A DNA stretch of 64,000 nt from Escherichia phage phiP4: sequence record PP993145.1; one strand, 5' to 3'. Made by a program: the position numbers and the translations under genes. The notes beneath the pieces were generated by a model that saw only the letters and a list, made by a program, of their open reading frames with translations, was not told the DNA's origin and searched no databases. Of this stretch, positions 60,056 through 64,000 are shown in pieces; position 1 is the stretch's first letter, and each line of letters begins with the position of its first letter.

Positions 60056-60084
60056 ATTATATTAGAAATTTAGCTTCATAGCAA
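60056..60084 (-). promoter_or_regulatory. sigma70 promoter (TTGCTA-17-TATAAT) driving tRNA-Ser/Met unit
   Basis: Hexamers read on minus strand upstream of tRNA-Ser(GCT). Confidence 0.55.
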
Positions 60085-60580
60085 GAAAATTTTTCAAGTT
60101 TTCGGTAGACATCTCATCCACATCTACAGGAGAAACAAAGCCGTTTAATTTTCTAGCAAATTTTTCACCTGCAGGGTCATTATCCCCGACAGCTACCAAT
60201 TTAAAAGGTAATAATTTCAGTTGCTTTAATAACGCTTTTCCTGGAGAAGAACCCAACATTGCCAGGGCTGGATAACCAGCGTTATGTAACGCAACTGCCT
60301 TAAATACAGATTCAGCAATCAATACTACTTTTTCATCTCCATTGAGAGTTTCTAGTCCCCATACACACTGGATAGTAGAATAAGTAAAATATTTAGCTTC
60401 AAATGGGCACTTACCATGACCTTTTGGAGCAGAAGGATTATACGTCTGATAGCCTCTCAACATCCCAGAGAAGTCATACAACGGGACTGTTAGCCATCCT
60501 TCCGGACTTAACCAGCAATGATATTTATCTGTATCAAATCCTCTAGATAAGAGGTGCTGTGTTAGCTCATCAACATTCAT
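60062..60580 (-). CDS. Toprim-domain protein (putative), 172 aa
   Basis: IAESVF (Glu) and GDNDPAGEK (DxD) motifs; start moved to internal Met with GAGAGAGG RBS because promoter lies inside ORF-track N-terminus. Confidence 0.4.
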   Translation of the reverse strand: MNVDELTQHLLSRGFDTDKYHCWLSPEGWLTVPLYDFSGMLRGYQTYNPSAPKGHGKCPFEAKYFTYSTIQCVWGLETLNGDEKVVLIAESVFKAVALHNAGYPALAMLGSSPGKALLKQLKLLPFKLVAVGDNDPAGEKFARKLNGFVSPVDVDEMSTENLKNFLAMKLNF

Positions 60581-60610
60581 ATTTGGTTCCTCTCTCAAAT
60601 TTATAGATAT

Positions 60611-60639
60611 ATTATACAGAGAATTTAGCATTCAAGCAA
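60611..60639 (-). promoter_or_regulatory. sigma70 early promoter (TTGCTT-17-TATAAT)
   Basis: Hexamers read on minus strand. Confidence 0.55.
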
Positions 60640-60755
60640 TCAAATTTTTTAACTTTTTAGAGGAAAATCATATGGCACTTAAGGGTAGCAGATAAGTGGT
60701 GAGGACCAAAATTTGTGACCCCACTAAAAATCCGGGGGTAATTTTTAAAGACCCC

Positions 60756-60784
60756 TTGACATTTTCTCGGGGGTAGTGTAAAGT
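60756..60784 (+). promoter_or_regulatory. sigma70 promoter (TTGACA-17-TAAAGT) for plus-strand operon
   Basis: Hexamers read on plus strand upstream of 60847 start. Confidence 0.5.
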
Positions 60785-60846
60785 ATACGTTATGGATGAG
60801 TGATCAAAGAGACACACATTTTCTATATACTAGGAGGTGTCAAAAA

Positions 60847-61833
60847 ATGACAGAAGAAGTAGCTAAGAGTCCTGAGACCGTCGCTAGCGTTGCAGCAGAA
60901 CTGCACCGTCACGAGGAATCGGATAAGAAAAAGTGGGAGAAGGTCAGAGCCTACGAAGAGAAACATCGCGAACACGACGATGAAGAAGATGACGATGATG
61001 AACATTGTCATAAATATGGAAAACATAAAATGCAAGAACCAGTAAACGTATTCACTAGTGGCTTCCCTGGCCTACTGGGTGGTTACCCAGCAAACGCAGG
61101 TGCTTTCGGTGGTGAAGGTATGGGACTATTCGGAGCTATCCTAATCGGTGCTCTATTAACAGGCGGATTCGGTGGTTTCGGTGGATTCGGTGGACGTGGT
61201 GTAGTTGGTGATGGTACCGCAGTTGATGCAGTACTTCAGAACCAAGATACCGCTAGTATTCTAGCAGCTATTAACACTACTCGTACAGAAGCTAACCAGG
61301 GTACTGGAGCTGTTTTAAGCGCAGTTAACAATGGTTTTAGCCAGACATCCCAAAACCAGAGCCGTGATACTCAGTCTGTACTAACTACGATCTATGGTAC
61401 AGGTGCTAATCTGTCTAATCAGATCTGCCAGGAAACTCGCAACGTTATTCAGGGTCAGTTCGATCTTTCTCGCCAGATTGATCAATCTTTCGCAGCTAAC
61501 CAGATAGCTCGTGCACAAGATAAGTTTGATTCTGCACAGATCGCTTTCCAGCAGACTTTACAAACTAATAACCAGTTTGCCGCTGTTCAGGCTCAGATGT
61601 GTGCTAACCAGAACTCTCTGGAACGTCAGATCGCTGAATGTTGCTGTGAACTTCAGACTGCGATCGCTGGTGTAACTACTGCGCGTATCCAGGATGAGTT
61701 AGACGCATGTCGCCTACGTGAAGCAATCGCTGCTGGTAGCGGTGCTAACGGTCAGGTAATTAATCAAATCGCTTTAAGTCTTGGTGCTATCACTCAGACT
61801 CTGGCTGGTCTGCAGGCTAAACTGCCGGCTTAA
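60847..61833 (+). CDS. membrane protein with glycine-zipper TM segment and Gln/Asn-rich helical domain, 328 aa
   Basis: AGGAGG RBS before ATG 60847; GLFGAILIGALLTGGFGGFGGFGG; acidic N-terminus. Confidence 0.5.
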   Translation: MTEEVAKSPETVASVAAELHRHEESDKKKWEKVRAYEEKHREHDDEEDDDDEHCHKYGKHKMQEPVNVFTSGFPGLLGGYPANAGAFGGEGMGLFGAILIGALLTGGFGGFGGFGGRGVVGDGTAVDAVLQNQDTASILAAINTTRTEANQGTGAVLSAVNNGFSQTSQNQSRDTQSVLTTIYGTGANLSNQICQETRNVIQGQFDLSRQIDQSFAANQIARAQDKFDSAQIAFQQTLQTNNQFAAVQAQMCANQNSLERQIAECCCELQTAIAGVTTARIQDELDACRLREAIAAGSGANGQVINQIALSLGAITQTLAGLQAKLPA

Positions 61834-61854
61834 TATTAAGGGGAGGAGCCCATT

Positions 61855-62259
61855 ATGAGTAAATATGGTTTTGTAAATAACGGACTTAATCAAAGTATGG
61901 GCTCCCAGCAGCCCATGCCGGGTCTGGATAACCCCTACTTACAACAGTTGCAACAGCGTTTAGCAGAAGCGCAACAGATGCAGCAACAACTCCAGCAAAA
62001 CCCTGGAAGTGTGAGTCCTATGCAAATGATGCAGCAAATGAGCGGGCAGTCGCAAATGCCTCAACAAATGCAGCAACAGGTGCCGCAGCAGCAAACCCAA
62101 CAACCGCAGGTTTCTGCGGAAGGACAGGCAGTACTAGCCCTTTTCGAAGACTTCGCAAAGACAGAGGATGGGAAACAGCTTGTATCACTTATGGGTAAGT
62201 TTAATAGCTTCTGCCAAAGCCAAGTTGCAAAAGCTCAAAATGGTGGTAATAACTCCTAA
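61855..62259 (+). CDS. Gln-rich low-complexity protein, 134 aa
   Basis: GGAGG RBS; QQ-rich repeats. Confidence 0.45.
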   Translation: MSKYGFVNNGLNQSMGSQQPMPGLDNPYLQQLQQRLAEAQQMQQQLQQNPGSVSPMQMMQQMSGQSQMPQQMQQQVPQQQTQQPQVSAEGQAVLALFEDFAKTEDGKQLVSLMGKFNSFCQSQVAKAQNGGNNS

Positions 62260-62268
62260 GGAGGAATT

Positions 62269-62463
62269 ATGTGTTGCAGAAAATCTGTTTCGTGCTGCCC
62301 AATGCCTGTAACACGTTGTTGCTCTCCAGCAATGTTTACGCAAATACCGGCGTTCAATCCGTTTGCCTTTAAACCTATTCTTATCCTGCCCCCTAGAGTA
62401 GATTTTCAGTCAAGATTGGCCTCCCGTATGGGTGGTTGCTGTACACCGAGAGTGTGGTTCTAA
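62269..62463 (+). CDS. Cys-rich small protein, 64 aa
   Basis: Four CC doublets; RBS AAGGAGG upstream. Confidence 0.4.
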   Translation: MCCRKSVSCCPMPVTRCCSPAMFTQIPAFNPFAFKPILILPPRVDFQSRLASRMGGCCTPRVWF

Positions 62464-62475
62464 ACCAAAAAACAA

Positions 62476-62510
62476 AAGCCCCTGCCGAAAGGTAAGGGGC
62501 TTTTTCTTTT
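62476..62510 (+). terminator. intrinsic terminator of plus-strand operon
   Basis: agcccct...aggggct hairpin followed by T-run. Confidence 0.65.
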
Positions 62511-62520
62511 GCCTTAAATA

Positions 62521-62554
62521 CAGAAAAGCCCGCGCTCTCGGAGGAAACGCGGGC
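62521..62554 (-). terminator. intrinsic terminator after SPFH gene
   Basis: gcccgcg...cgcgggc hairpin plus U-run on minus strand. Confidence 0.6.
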
Positions 62555-62579
62555 TTGGTTCGAAGATTACGTGTAACTA

Positions 62580-63527
62580 TTACTTGTTACGCATATCCAT
62601 GATCATTTGACCATCGTAGCCAGTACCTACCACAGTCTGAGGCACACCACCTTGATACTTCTGAGCACGAATCATTTCAACTTCCAGTTGCTTCCAGCGA
62701 ATCATCTCAGGAGTAATGGTACGTTGCAATGCGGCGTTAGCTTCAGCTTCTTTTTTAGCTGCGTACAGTTTAGCATCTGCGTCACGTTCGTTAGCAATAG
62801 CCTGGTTATTACGGGCTTCACGGTCTGCTTCTGCCTGTTTAACTTTTTGCTGTGCTTCTTGTTCAACACGAGCCAACTCAGCTTTTGCAGCATTAACTTG
62901 CTCTTCACGAACTTTGGTATTCTGTACCTGTTCCATGATTACTGGTGGCAGAGTAATATCCTGAAGGAATACCTGCTTAACTGTGTAACCATATGGGCGT
63001 GCATACTCTTCAACTTCTTGTTGAATTGCAGTTTGCAATTGAGCCTGAATTTTAGCATCAAACAAATCTTGTGCTTTAGGTACAGACTTACCAAACTCAC
63101 GAATAGTAGACAGTAATTTTTCAGTTACATATTTGTCTAACGCTTGATCCTGAGTACCCGCATTAATACGGTTAATCGGTGCCTTAGAACCATCAAACTG
63201 CAACATAACAGTCAGGTCAACAGTGGATTTAAACTTATCCTGGCTAGGAACCTGAAGTTTATCTAATTTTACAGCAATATCTTTTGTACTAAAAGTATCG
63301 AAAGATGCAAATGGGTTTACAAGATGGAAACCCGGTAATACTGGGTTAGGATCTACTTTACCCAGAAATGTTTGGGTTTTAACCGTACCATCAGAAACAA
63401 TAGTATATGAATTAAAGGCTAGAATCAAGCCTGCTAAACCAACTACAGCACCAATACCCCAACGTTTAATAGTACGAATTACTTTCTGCTCAGAAGTCAG
63501 TTCTTTCATATTTTTAGTATTAAACAT
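62580..63527 (-). CDS. SPFH/band-7 (stomatin/HflK-like) membrane protein, 315 aa
   Basis: N-terminal TM helix, central domain, C-terminal Ala/Glu/Lys/Gln coiled coil typical of SPFH proteins. Confidence 0.55.
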   Translation of the reverse strand: MFNTKNMKELTSEQKVIRTIKRWGIGAVVGLAGLILAFNSYTIVSDGTVKTQTFLGKVDPNPVLPGFHLVNPFASFDTFSTKDIAVKLDKLQVPSQDKFKSTVDLTVMLQFDGSKAPINRINAGTQDQALDKYVTEKLLSTIREFGKSVPKAQDLFDAKIQAQLQTAIQQEVEEYARPYGYTVKQVFLQDITLPPVIMEQVQNTKVREEQVNAAKAELARVEQEAQQKVKQAEADREARNNQAIANERDADAKLYAAKKEAEANAALQRTITPEMIRWKQLEVEMIRAQKYQGGVPQTVVGTGYDGQMIMDMRNK

Positions 63528-63561
63528 ATATTTCCTTTGTTTTAGTTACAGTTAATAAAAT

Positions 63562-63636
63562 TGGCCGAGGTGACAGGATTCGAACCTGCATAAAGGAATT
63601 TAGAAGACTCCTGCCTCTCCCTTAGACTACACCCCG
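63562..63636 (-). tRNA. tRNA-Arg (anticodon TCT)
   Basis: 75 nt, stem GGAGT/ATTCC loop CTTCTAA, acceptor CGGGGTG/CACCTCG. Confidence 0.65.
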
Positions 63637-64000
63637 TTTAAGTATTTTTAAGAACTCTCGTAAAAACTCTTAAAAATACAGACGATACCGGGAGAGTCAT
63701 AAGTCTCACTCATTAAGTATTTCAAGACAAAATACAGTAACGTCTATTATTTTCCAGTTTAAGTCAAGGTGACTTAGTGGTTATGTCCTGCGGTATATTG
63801 AGGACTCGGTTAGGCTTGGGGTCATGACTTCCCGCCTTTTGCTGCTACTCAACAGGAGTTATCGCGAATTACCTGTGCTATTGTGCACCATTAGTGACAT
63901 CTCTCATGTCAGCATTTCCCACTTTGTGGATAGCTTGAAAAACTACTCCGATATGGAGAAAGAACTTCACTATCCTAGAATACCTTCTAAAGTTCTTCTT

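Overview
This window reads as a contiguous stretch of a T5-like siphophage genome (Tequintavirus-type), identified from gene order and protein sizes/motifs; no database search was run. Layout: (1) 1-24.3 kb, minus strand: the late structural module from a partial L-shaped tail fibre gene through collar, pb4-, pb3-, pb9-like proteins, tape measure, tail tube, major capsid, protease, decoration, portal and terminase to a pb5-like receptor-binding protein, with a divergent Llp-like lipoprotein gene on the plus strand. (2) about 24.7-35.4 kb: a GC-richer block that looks like the collapsed about 10.6 kb terminal repeat, carrying pre-early genes (dmp, a deaminase-like ORF, A1, A2), a plus-strand cassette bracketed by 40-bp inverted repeats with DnaA boxes, an array of Fur-box-like palindromes and eight copies of a GTGCAAATCCGACA motif (injection-stop-like region). 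(3) 35.5-51.5 kb, minus strand: early genes including two phosphatases, a thioredoxin-like protein, endolysin, holin, ClpP-like peptidase, dNMP kinase, a spanin-like pair and a GrcA-like glycyl-radical protein, each unit behind a sigma70 promoter of the form TTGCTT/TTGCTA-17/18-TATAAT. (4) 51.5-63.7 kb: a tRNA cluster in which I hand-folded 25 minus-strand tRNAs, interspersed with small ORFs, tRNA-like remnants and a candidate structured ncRNA, followed by a convergent locus with an SPFH/band-7 protein. The most interesting leads are atypical tRNA architectures, the ncRNA candidate, the IR/DnaA-box cassette, the Fur-box-like array and the SPFH locus. All coordinates and folds were derived by hand and need confirmation with tRNAscan-SE/ARAGORN, Infernal and BLAST/HHpred.
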